DNA of 64,000 bases from Nocardioides sp. (GTDB lineage: Bacteria; Actinomycetota; Actinomycetes; Propionibacteriales; Nocardioidaceae). The position numbers were made by a program, and so were the translations under genes. Shown here piece by piece: positions 1 through 8,455 of this stretch; positions within the stretch are counted from its first letter, which is position 1, and the number at the start of each line of letters is the position of its first letter. The stretch lies in contig DATMHM010000094.1 in assembly GCA_035554935.1 (NCBI GenBank), positions 460 to 64,459 on the forward strand. Direction: 5' to 3'. Below the pieces are notes generated by a model, which saw only the letters and a program-made list of their open reading frames with translations, did no database searches and was not told the origin of the DNA.

Positions 1-636
1 GATCTTGCCCGGCACGGTGACGCCCTGGGCGGTCTCCCCGAAGCCGGCCTCCTTCTCGACGAGGAAGGTGGTCATGTTCTTGTAGACGCTGTCAGCGCCC
101 TCGTCGGTCTTGACGAGCAGCGCGACCAGGGTGGAGGTGGCGCCGTTGGTCAGCCACATCTTCTGGCCGGTGATCGAGTACGACCCGTCGGCCTGCTTCG
201 TGGCCTTCGTCGACACGGCCGAGACGTCGGAGCCGAGGCCGGGCTCGGACATCGAGAACGCGCCGCGGACCTCGCCGGTCGCCATGCGCGGCAGGTACTT
301 CTGCTTCTGCTCGTCCGTGCCGTGCTGCATCAGCAGGTAGGCCACGATGAAGTGGGTGTTGATGACACCCGAGACGCTCATCCACCCGCGGGCGATCTCC
401 TCGACCACCAGGGCGTAGGTCAGCAGCGACTCGCCCAGGCCACCGAACTCCTCGGGGATGGTCAGGCCGAACACGCCGAGCTCCTTGAGCCCGTCGATGA
501 TCTCCTGCGGGTACTCGTCCTTGTGCTCGAGCTCCTGGGCCACCGGGATGATCTGCTCGTCCACGAACACCCGTACGGCCTTCAGGATCTCGGTCTGGTC
601 CTCGGTGAGTCCTTCGGTCTGGCAGAGCTTCGGCAT
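1..636 (-). CDS. Acyl-CoA dehydrogenase (5' part; runs off the window edge)
   Basis: Manual translation from ATG at 636: MPKLCQTEGLTEDQTEILKAVRVFVDEQIIP...FSMSEPGLGSD...ITGQKMWLTNG, typical ACAD N-terminal and middle motifs. Missing from the ORF track because the stop lies outside the window. Confidence 0.9.
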   Translation of the reverse strand, partial: MPKLCQTEGLTEDQTEILKAVRVFVDEQIIPVAQELEHKDEYPQEIIDGLKELGVFGLTIPEEFGGLGESLLTYALVVEEIARGWMSVSGVINTHFIVAYLLMQHGTDEQKQKYLPRMATGEVRGAFSMSEPGLGSDVSAVSTKATKQADGSYSITGQKMWLTNGATSTLVALLVKTDEGADSVYKNMTTFLVEKEAGFGETAQGVTVPGKI

Positions 637-671
637 CGCTTCCCTTTCAGTGGTGGTACCGCAGCGCACTG

Positions 672-741
672 TACCCGCGGGTAGCGCACCCGGGGCCCTC
701 CGAACGGGGGGCGAGACCGGTGACGTGAGGCACGTCACCGG
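672..741. promoter_or_regulatory. Palindromes in a divergent promoter region
   Basis: Perfect 12-bp palindrome TACCCGCGGGTA (672-683) and an 11-bp inverted repeat CCGGTGACGTG-agg-CACGTCACCGG (717-741). Confidence 0.45.
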
Positions 742-775
742 GGCCCCTTCCCCGCGCGGCACTAGCCTTTCCGCC

Positions 776-1213
776 ATGAGCGAGTACGACGCCCAGGTTC
801 CTGCCGACGCCCCCGACCCGACCGGCGGCGAGGCCGGCCGGCGCTCCCGGATCCGCACCGTGCTCGACGTCGACCAGACCATCAACAAGCTGGACGCGAC
901 GGCCGACCGCCTGAACACGACGCTCGACACGTTCGGGGCGCTCCTGGCCGACTTCACCACGGCCCTGCACCAGTTCAACGAGAGCGTCGCCGGCTTCAAC
1001 GGCACCGTCGGCGACTTCCAGACCGTGGTGCAGCGCGCCGACGGCCTGCTCGGCCGGGCCGAGGGCCTGCTGGCGCCCCTCGCCGCGACCCAGCAGGTCG
1101 GCGACCAGCTCAAGGCCGCCAGCCAGGCCGCCGGTCAGGTCGCCGGGATGGTCGCCAGCGCCGCGGTCAAGCGCGGCGTGGCTGCCGGCAAGGGCTTCAC
1201 CCAGCGCGCCTGA
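776..1213 (+). CDS. Hypothetical helical/coiled-coil protein
   Basis: GC3-biased frame from MSEYDAQ; heptad-like repeats (LDATADRLNTTLDTF...); TAGCCT just upstream. Confidence 0.7.
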   Translation: MSEYDAQVPADAPDPTGGEAGRRSRIRTVLDVDQTINKLDATADRLNTTLDTFGALLADFTTALHQFNESVAGFNGTVGDFQTVVQRADGLLGRAEGLLAPLAATQQVGDQLKAASQAAGQVAGMVASAAVKRGVAAGKGFTQRA

Positions 1214-2321
1214 CGGCGCTGCGCAGCACCTGCCGGAGCCGGCCGGCGGCCCGGCGCGCCGTTCCCGCGGGCCCCGGCTGGGCGCTCCCCGCGCCGGCGA
1301 GGTGCTCCATCCGGGCCTCGAGCCGCTGCTCGAGCACCTCGCCGAGCGCGCGGGTCGCCACCTCGAGCACGGCCGCCTCGTCGACGCCCGTCGCGTCGGT
1401 GAACACCGACGGGTCGGGGACCAGGTCGGACGGCTCGCCCACGACGTCGCAGCCGAGCTCGGCGAGGGTGAGCAGGGACTCCTCGGCGATCTCGCCGCAC
1501 CAGGCCTCGTGCTCGCGGCCGAGCCGCACGGGCGTCGTACCGCGCGCCGCCAGGATCCCCATCGCGAACCAGCGCTTGCCGACCTCGCCGTAGGGCACAC
1601 GCCGGCGGTAGCGGTCGGGGAGCCGGTTGTTGACCCGGCGCAGCAGCTCGGCCTCCGCGGCACCGAGCCCGGGGTTGCCCGGCCCCGCCGTGGCCAGGTC
1701 CAGGCCCTCGACCGGGACGCCGAGCACCGAGCAGTACCGCTCGAGGAGCGCCTCGCGGCGCCCGCCGGGGCCCGGGACGGTCACCACGTGGATGCGCTCG
1801 GCCGGGACGTGCGCGGACCAGCGGCGCAGCACGCCGGCGAGGTCGAGGCGGCGCCACACGACACCGGTGCGGCTCGTGGCCGACCGGAGCGCGGCGACGT
1901 ACTCCTCCAGCGTGTCGGTGCGTCCGGCCTTGAGCCCCTCCTGCCACAGCGACGGCACCTGGCGGGCGATGTCGCGCACGGTCACGACAACGTGCACCTC
2001 GTGGCCGGCGCAGGCGTCGAGGAGCCGGCGGATCTGCGCCGGGGTGGCGGAGCCGAGGGTCTCGTGCGTGATCAGCGCCGAGCGCGTGGTGACGGCGGCC
2101 AGCTGGCCGGGCAGCATCTCGACGGACCGGCCGACCCGGGGCGAGTCGGTCGGCGCGATCCGCTCCCGCACGTCGAGCGCGAGCCAGAACGTCTCGATCC
2201 GTCCGCCCGGGACCATCGTGACGCCCTGGGTCGCGAGGTCCTCCCGCGAGCTCCAGCAGACGTTCTGGAGGTACGACGTTCCCGTCTTCTGCAGGCCGAT
2301 GTGGACGAAGACCCTGGTCAC
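1197..2321 (-). CDS. Sulfotransferase-like P-loop protein (paralog 1)
   Basis: N-terminal VFVHIGLQKTGTSYLQ (PAPS 5'-PSB-like motif), LITHETL, VVVTVRD...PSLWQE. Confidence 0.75.
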   Translation of the reverse strand: MTRVFVHIGLQKTGTSYLQNVCWSSREDLATQGVTMVPGGRIETFWLALDVRERIAPTDSPRVGRSVEMLPGQLAAVTTRSALITHETLGSATPAQIRRLLDACAGHEVHVVVTVRDIARQVPSLWQEGLKAGRTDTLEEYVAALRSATSRTGVVWRRLDLAGVLRRWSAHVPAERIHVVTVPGPGGRREALLERYCSVLGVPVEGLDLATAGPGNPGLGAAEAELLRRVNNRLPDRYRRRVPYGEVGKRWFAMGILAARGTTPVRLGREHEAWCGEIAEESLLTLAELGCDVVGEPSDLVPDPSVFTDATGVDEAAVLEVATRALGEVLEQRLEARMEHLAGAGSAQPGPAGTARRAAGRLRQVLRSAVRRAG

Positions 2322-2389
2322 GCCCCCATGTCTATCGGATGGCGCGGAGCCGGCCGGCACGGACCTCTGGCGCGTCGTGACGGAACGGC

Positions 2390-3781
2390 CTACTGGAACT
2401 GGAGGCGGATCCGGTCCCGCAGCCGCACCCAGTCCGCGCGCTCGACCGTGAACTGGCCACGGGTGGTGCGGGCGATCATGTGTGCGTCGAGCGGCTGGTC
2501 GGCCTGGATGCCCAGCAGCCGGACGCCGGCCGAGCTGGTGAAGAGCACGGCAGCGGGCGGCAGGGCACCCTCCGTGGAGTAGGCCCGGCGGACCACGAAG
2601 GACCGGCGCCAGCGCGCCTGGCCGAGCTCCTCCATCAGCGCCAGCTCCTGGGTCGAGGCACGGGAGCTCCAGGACACGATCCGGACGTTGACGCCGCGGC
2701 GGTGCGCCGAGACCAGCGACTTCCGCAGCGCCGGGTCGTCGAGACGCGCGGTCGCCATCAGCATCGTCGACCCGGCGGGGGCCAGCTGGACGGCCTTGAG
2801 CAGCCGGTTCGACACGGCGCGACGACCGGCCGACAGCGGCGACTCCGGGACGTTGACGACATGGCCGCGGATGAACGTCGTGCCCGGCCGGGGTACGACG
2901 ACGCGACGGTCCAGCGCGAGGTTCGCCACGACTGCGTCGTGGTCGGAGTAGAGCTCCCGCGTGATCTGGCGGGTGACCCGGAACTGCGCGGCGGTGTGCA
3001 CGAAGACGTAGTCGATGGTCGCCCCGCGGTGGTCACCGGTCGGGATGATGGTGCCGGTCATGTCCCAGGTGGCGGTGAGGCCGTAGGAGGACAGCAGACT
3101 GCGGGGGTACTCCCGCGAGCGGACGTGCCGGTTGAGGTCACCGGCGAGCAGGACCGGGCCGTCGGCCGCCAGGCTGCGGGCGAGCCCGCCCAGCTTGTGC
3201 ACCGAGGGCAGCAGCAGATCGCCGGTCAGTGACGACTTCGGGGCCACGTGGTAGGCGACGATCGAGAGCGTCTGGCAGCCGTCGACGGAGCGCAGGGTCG
3301 CCCAGTTGGCGTAGCGGATGCCCAGCTCGGTCGACTGCGTGGCGGTCTTGCCACCCACGATCGTGAGATAGATGGTGCCGCGGGCGATCACGTTCCAGCG
3401 GTCCGTGCGCCACACGACCGGGTTGGCCCCGGTGTAGCGGCCGGGCGTGCGCCAGATCTCGTAGCCGCTCGGCGCCAGCATGCTGTCCGGGCGGCCGGCC
3501 ACCTCGTTGAAGGCGACGAAGTCCGGGCTGTCGGCATAGACCTTGGCGAGGTCGGCGCGGGTCTGGGCCCGCGTCATTCCCGCCTTGATGTTCGCCTCCA
3601 CCATCTGCATCGGCCGGCTCGGCTCGCAGGTGTCGCGCGCAGCGAGGTTCAGTGCGGTCGGCGCCGTACCGGGAACCGGCGCCACGACCAGCGCCATGGC
3701 CATCGCAGCCAGGCCCACGAGCAACCGGCGTGCCCGCCGGAAGCGGCTCCGCGCCGCGTCCCCTGCCGACCGCTCGTCCAT
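2390..3781 (-). CDS. Secreted endonuclease/exonuclease/phosphatase (EEP) protein with a degenerate C-terminal PLD-like domain
   Basis: Signal-like N-terminus; EEP motifs EANI, FNEV, AGDLN, TIDYVF, SDHDAV; C-terminal LVSAHRRGVNVRIV is PLD-like but has no HxK. Confidence 0.75.
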   Translation of the reverse strand: MDERSAGDAARSRFRRARRLLVGLAAMAMALVVAPVPGTAPTALNLAARDTCEPSRPMQMVEANIKAGMTRAQTRADLAKVYADSPDFVAFNEVAGRPDSMLAPSGYEIWRTPGRYTGANPVVWRTDRWNVIARGTIYLTIVGGKTATQSTELGIRYANWATLRSVDGCQTLSIVAYHVAPKSSLTGDLLLPSVHKLGGLARSLAADGPVLLAGDLNRHVRSREYPRSLLSSYGLTATWDMTGTIIPTGDHRGATIDYVFVHTAAQFRVTRQITRELYSDHDAVVANLALDRRVVVPRPGTTFIRGHVVNVPESPLSAGRRAVSNRLLKAVQLAPAGSTMLMATARLDDPALRKSLVSAHRRGVNVRIVSWSSRASTQELALMEELGQARWRRSFVVRRAYSTEGALPPAAVLFTSSAGVRLLGIQADQPLDAHMIARTTRGQFTVERADWVRLRDRIRLQFQ

Positions 3782-4020
3782 GCCGTTCTCCCCCTGGAAA
3801 TGTCCCATTGACAACAAAAGTCACACGAATCTCACCAGTCACGAATAACGCTGACAAGGGCTTTCGAATAACTACATGCGTGTAATTCGGATAATCACAA
3901 CCATGTCATTCACCGCGCCTTTTGATTTGCGCGGAAAATCCACGCGGGGCGACGAAGGAATTGGCCACGGTCCCCTTCGGCACCCGGGACCGGGTCCTGA
4001 GTGGGGAGCGAGGAACCGGC

Positions 4021-6093
4021 TCAGCGGGTGATGCCGAGCGCCGCGGCCAGCGGCCCGGCCAGTTCGGTGGCGTACTCCACCGAGACGTGCTCGCGGTCGC
4101 GGAACGGAATGACGTCGCCGATCACGGACGGGCAACGGTCGTCCCAGCAGAACCAGCGATGGGCGTCGACGAAGGTCATGCCGAGCGACTCGACGACCGC
4201 CCGGAACTCACCCTGGAGGCGCGTCGGGCGGGGCTCCGCCTCCTGCAGGCAGTCGGAGAGGTCGACGCCGCGATCGGACAGGCAGGTGCCCGGCGCCCGC
4301 GGCAGCACCGGCGAGTTGCCGACCATCGCCACCCGGCCGGCCAGCGGCTCCAGAAGCCGCAGCTGGGCACGCAGGCCCTCGACCTGCCGGGCGGCCATGT
4401 AGGGCGAGGTGTAGGCGTTGTTCGCCACGAGTACCAGGTCCGGTCGCAGCTCGCGGACCTGGTCGAGAGCCCAGTCCTTGAAGTCCGCACACTCGGCCCA
4501 CACCCTGCCGCCCTCGGCCGGGCGGGTCACGGTCGTGGCCGGGCAGCCGCTGTAGACGAAGTGGTAGACGCGGTAGCCGTGGCGCTCGCCGATCGCGGCG
4601 ACCGCCGGGCCCCAGTGCCGGGCGTGCGAGTCGCCCATCACCACGATCGCGCGGTCGGCGTCGGGGTCGCCGAACGGGCACAACCGGGTGGTGCCGGTGC
4701 GGTAGTCACACTCCCCCAGCGGCGCGACCGACTCACGCACGGTGCCGAGCGCCGGCCGCAGTCCGCCCGGGACCGGCTTGGCATCCTCGGCCGCGAGCAC
4801 CGACGCCTCCACCAGCGCGACCGCCGGGTCGTCGCTCAACCCGTCGCGGGCATAGTCGGCGGCCTCGATGGCGGGGTTGTCCTCCAGCGCGCGCAGCTGG
4901 CCGTCGACCCACGCGTTGGCGCCGACGGCCGTCGCCACGACCATCGCGAGGCTGGCCGGGTAGAGCGCCACCGCCCGCATCCGCGGCCGCCAGCGCACGC
5001 CCTGGCGGAACGGCTGCTCGACGAAGCGGTAGGACGCGGCGCTCAGACCGAGCACGAGCACGAGCGCGAACACCAGGTGCGGGCGGGACAGCCGCGGCTC
5101 GTCCCAATATTCCTGGCAGAGCCGGAAGACCGGGAAGTGCCACAGGTAGAGCGAGTAGGACCAGTCGCCGATCACCCGGGCGGGTGCGATCGAGAACAGT
5201 CGGAAGAGGTACGTCGAGGGCGCGGCCGTCGTGCCGCCGGCCGCGAGCATCAGGGCGGCGCCCACGACGGGGACGAGCGCGATGCTGCCCGGCACCGCCG
5301 TGCGCTCGTCGAAGGTCAACGTCGCCCACGCGATCATCGCGAGACCGGCGAGCAAGACCGCCTCGGTCGCCCACCGGCCCAGGCGCAGGGTCCGCCCCCA
5401 CATCAGCGTCGCGGCGAGCCCGCCGATCCCGAGCTCCCAGGCGCGGGTCGCGGTCGAGAAGTAGGCACCGGTCGGGCTGACCGCGGTCACGTGGATCGAC
5501 CACGCCAGCGAGGCGACGGTCACCGCGCCGAGCGTGACGACCACCCACCGGCGCAGCATCCGGCGACGAGCCTCCGCATCGGCGTCCGGGGAGCGTCGAC
5601 GTACGGCGAGCGCGACGAGGAGCAGCAGCACCGGGATGACGATGTAGAACTGCTCCTCGACGCTGAGCGACCAGTAGTGCTGGACCGGGGACGGCGGCTC
5701 GCCCTGGGCGAAGTAGTCGGTCTCGACGAGGCTGAACCGGATGTTGGCCGCGAAGAATGCCGCCCACACGGAGTCCTTGACGACCTCCACGCCGCGCACC
5801 AGCGGGAGCACCCAGGTAGCGGCGACCGCGGTGACCACCAGGACGACCGTCGCGGCCGGTATCACCCGGCGGGCCCGTCGCGCATAGAAGTCGACGATCG
5901 AGATGCGCCGGGTCTCCCCCGCCTCACGGAGCAGCAGTCCGATGATCAGGAAGCCGGAGATCACGAAGAACACGTCGACGCCGATGAAGCCTCCGGCGGC
6001 CGTCCGGAAGCCGGCGTGGGCGAGGATCACGAGGCCGACGGCCAGGGCGCGCAGGCCCTGCACGTCCGAGCGGAAGGATCGCGGGTCACCCAC
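4021..6093 (-). CDS. Acyltransferase-3 (OafA/OatA-type) with C-terminal SGNH domain
   Basis: FRSDVQGLRALAV, GFIGVDVFFVISGFLI, HYWSLSVEEQFY, SYSLYLWHFP, GDSHA, DREH; AGGAGG RBS before the GTG. Confidence 0.92.
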   Translation of the reverse strand: MGDPRSFRSDVQGLRALAVGLVILAHAGFRTAAGGFIGVDVFFVISGFLIIGLLLREAGETRRISIVDFYARRARRVIPAATVVLVVTAVAATWVLPLVRGVEVVKDSVWAAFFAANIRFSLVETDYFAQGEPPSPVQHYWSLSVEEQFYIVIPVLLLLVALAVRRRSPDADAEARRRMLRRWVVVTLGAVTVASLAWSIHVTAVSPTGAYFSTATRAWELGIGGLAATLMWGRTLRLGRWATEAVLLAGLAMIAWATLTFDERTAVPGSIALVPVVGAALMLAAGGTTAAPSTYLFRLFSIAPARVIGDWSYSLYLWHFPVFRLCQEYWDEPRLSRPHLVFALVLVLGLSAASYRFVEQPFRQGVRWRPRMRAVALYPASLAMVVATAVGANAWVDGQLRALEDNPAIEAADYARDGLSDDPAVALVEASVLAAEDAKPVPGGLRPALGTVRESVAPLGECDYRTGTTRLCPFGDPDADRAIVVMGDSHARHWGPAVAAIGERHGYRVYHFVYSGCPATTVTRPAEGGRVWAECADFKDWALDQVRELRPDLVLVANNAYTSPYMAARQVEGLRAQLRLLEPLAGRVAMVGNSPVLPRAPGTCLSDRGVDLSDCLQEAEPRPTRLQGEFRAVVESLGMTFVDAHRWFCWDDRCPSVIGDVIPFRDREHVSVEYATELAGPLAAALGITR

Positions 6094-6163
6094 GGCGATC
6101 CTCCTCCTGGCGGCCCTGTCGACGATCCGGGCGAGCGCCCGGCCGTCGCGTACGATACCGCGC

Positions 6164-7207
6164 ATGCCCGAGCAGTCCGGCCGCCGCCGCAATGCATCGC
6201 GGTCGGAGCTCCTGCCGGTCGTGGCCGTCGTCCTGCTCGGCGCGCTCCTGCTCGGGGTCGCCGTGCTGTGGGACGGCGGTGCGCCGCCCCAGGCGGCGAT
6301 CGACCGGACGGGCGCCGCAACGAGCATCCGGGACGCCAGCGACGCCGACCGAGCACGGCACGACGTCGAGGACCGCGAGGTCAACGGCGAGCTGATCGAC
6401 CCGATCGCGGCGTCCGCGGAACCGGCGCCGGGGCCCGACCAGGAGCTGCGCCGGGCCGCCGAGGCCGGGAAGGTCCGGATCAGCGAGGTCTCCTTCCGGG
6501 TCGCCACCTTCAACGTGCTCGCCAGCCAGCACACCGACGGCCCGGGCGGCTGGCCCGACTCCGGGTGGCGCACGCCGCAGACCGTCGGCTACATCCGCAA
6601 TGCCGGCGTCGACGTGGTGGGGTTGCAGGAGGTCAAGCCGGGACAGCTCGCCGGCATCACCTCCGGCACTGGCTTCCGCGCGTGGCCCGGCGGCTCCGAC
6701 CCCGACAACTCGGTGATCTGGAACCCCGGTGTCTTCGAGCTGGTCTCGGGCGACGCGTTCTACATCCGCTTCATGAACGGCACCCGGATGCAGCCGATCG
6801 TGCGCCTGCGGCACAAGCAGACGAAGCTGGAGTTCTACTTCGTCAACATGCACGCCTCGGCCGGCGGCGGCCAGTACGCCGCGAGCCGGGCGGCCGGCCA
6901 CAACGCCGCCGCGGCGACCGTCAACCGCCTCAAGGCCGACGGCATCCCGATCTTCCTCACCGGCGACATGAACGACCGCGAGGCCTTCTTCTGCCGGGTG
7001 CTGCCGCCGACCGGCATGGTCGCCGCCGTGGGCGGCTCGACCTCCGGCGGCTGCCGTCCGCCGAGCGGCAGCATGCCGGTCGACTGGATCGTCGCGACGT
7101 CCGACGTCGGGTTCAGCAGCTTCGTCAACGACAAGTCGACGGTGGCCCGACGGGTCAGCGACCACCACTTCGTCTCAGCCACCGCGACCATCCAGGGCGC
7201 GAGCTGA
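6164..7207 (+). CDS. Membrane-anchored EEP-family phosphodiesterase
   Basis: N-terminal TM segment; ATFNVL, GLQEV, TGDMND, VDWI, SDHHFV. Confidence 0.85.
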   Translation: MPEQSGRRRNASRSELLPVVAVVLLGALLLGVAVLWDGGAPPQAAIDRTGAATSIRDASDADRARHDVEDREVNGELIDPIAASAEPAPGPDQELRRAAEAGKVRISEVSFRVATFNVLASQHTDGPGGWPDSGWRTPQTVGYIRNAGVDVVGLQEVKPGQLAGITSGTGFRAWPGGSDPDNSVIWNPGVFELVSGDAFYIRFMNGTRMQPIVRLRHKQTKLEFYFVNMHASAGGGQYAASRAAGHNAAAATVNRLKADGIPIFLTGDMNDREAFFCRVLPPTGMVAAVGGSTSGGCRPPSGSMPVDWIVATSDVGFSSFVNDKSTVARRVSDHHFVSATATIQGAS

Positions 7208-8246
7208 CGCTCGCGGCGCCCGAGCGGCGGTTCGTCGTACGGAGGTCGCGCACGTCGCCGAGCAGGACGGCGACCAGCTCGGTCGCCGCGGCGGCGACCT
7301 CGGCGTCGGTGACCGAGTCCGGCGTACGACGCTCCGGCAGCTCGGCCGGGACCGCGAGGTTCGCCGCGTCCCCCACCACGTCGACCCCGTGCTCGGTGAG
7401 GTAGGCGATCGCGGCGCGGCCCCGCTCCCGGCACTCCTCGACCTGGTCCGGGTAGGGCCAGAACGGCTCGCCCCGGCGCGGCACCAGCCGCTCGTCGGCG
7501 AGGAAGCTCCGGATGTAGACGCCGCGGTCGAACGCCTTGGAGAACGAGTCGAGGTGCGCGTTGACGCGCCGCAGCAGCTCAGCCTCGACCACGCCCATCG
7601 ACTCGTTCGGGAACGACCCGGACAGGTCGTAGTCGGTCGTCGTCAGGCCCAGCAGGCCCCCGAACCGGTGCCAGATCTCGTCCCGGGGCGCGCTGCGGTC
7701 GAGCGGCAGCACGTGGATGCGGTCGTGCGGGACGGCGGCCGACCACCGCTCGAGCACGAGCCGCAGGTCGAGGGTGCGCCAGTTCCAGATCGCACCCGGG
7801 CTGTCGGAGACCTTCCGCGAGTAGCGATCCATCGGCGCGGTGGCCTTGTTCTTCAGGCTCTCCTGCCAACTCGCCGTGAACAGGCCCAGCGGCTCCCGGG
7901 CGGTCACGACCAGCTCGACCCGGGCTGGGGCGAGCGCCTCGACCATGGCGACCGCCTGTTCGCTGCTGGCTGCGGCGAAGAACTCGTGGCTGATCAGCCC
8001 GTCGCCGTCCCATGCGGCGAGCTCCGTGCACAACCGGTCCCACGAGGTCTGCTGCCGATCGGGTGCGTTGCGGATCCCGTCGGCGTCCCGGACGACCCGG
8101 CTGGCCCAGAGATGGTCGCGTCGCTCGTCGCCGGGCAGCAGGACCCCCTCGGCGCGCAGCCGGTCCCGCGAGGCCCACAGGATCGTCTGGAGATAGCTGG
8201 TCGCCGTCTTGGGCAGACCGATGTGGACGAAGACCCGACGCGCCAT
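7155..8246 (-). CDS. Sulfotransferase-like P-loop protein (paralog 2)
   Basis: RVFVHIGLPKTATSYLQ, LISHEFF, ASWQE, NESMGVVEAELLRRVN; colinear with 1197-2321. Confidence 0.75.
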   Translation of the reverse strand: MARRVFVHIGLPKTATSYLQTILWASRDRLRAEGVLLPGDERRDHLWASRVVRDADGIRNAPDRQQTSWDRLCTELAAWDGDGLISHEFFAAASSEQAVAMVEALAPARVELVVTAREPLGLFTASWQESLKNKATAPMDRYSRKVSDSPGAIWNWRTLDLRLVLERWSAAVPHDRIHVLPLDRSAPRDEIWHRFGGLLGLTTTDYDLSGSFPNESMGVVEAELLRRVNAHLDSFSKAFDRGVYIRSFLADERLVPRRGEPFWPYPDQVEECRERGRAAIAYLTEHGVDVVGDAANLAVPAELPERRTPDSVTDAEVAAAATELVAVLLGDVRDLRTTNRRSGAASVSSRPGWSRWLRRSGGR

Positions 8247-8260
8247 GAGCGCACTCCTGC

Positions 8261-8455
8261 TCAGATGCCCTGCTGGAACTTGTCGATCGCCGCGGCGATC
8301 CGCTCCTCGTCGCGCGCGGCGACCGGGAGCAGCAGCTCCTGCACCAGGTCGGTGAGCTCGGCCAGCCGCAGGTGGTGGCGCCGCAGCTCGGCGATGGAGC
8401 CCTCGAGCTCCTCGACCCGGGCGCGGAGCTCCCGGATCTCGGCCTGCTTCGTCAT
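8261..8455 (-). CDS. Small coiled-coil protein (DUF6752-like)
   Basis: ELRARVEELEGSIAELRRHHLRLAELTDLVQELLLP; ATGA overlap with the upstream gene. Confidence 0.7.
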   Translation of the reverse strand: MTKQAEIRELRARVEELEGSIAELRRHHLRLAELTDLVQELLLPVAARDEERIAAAIDKFQQGI

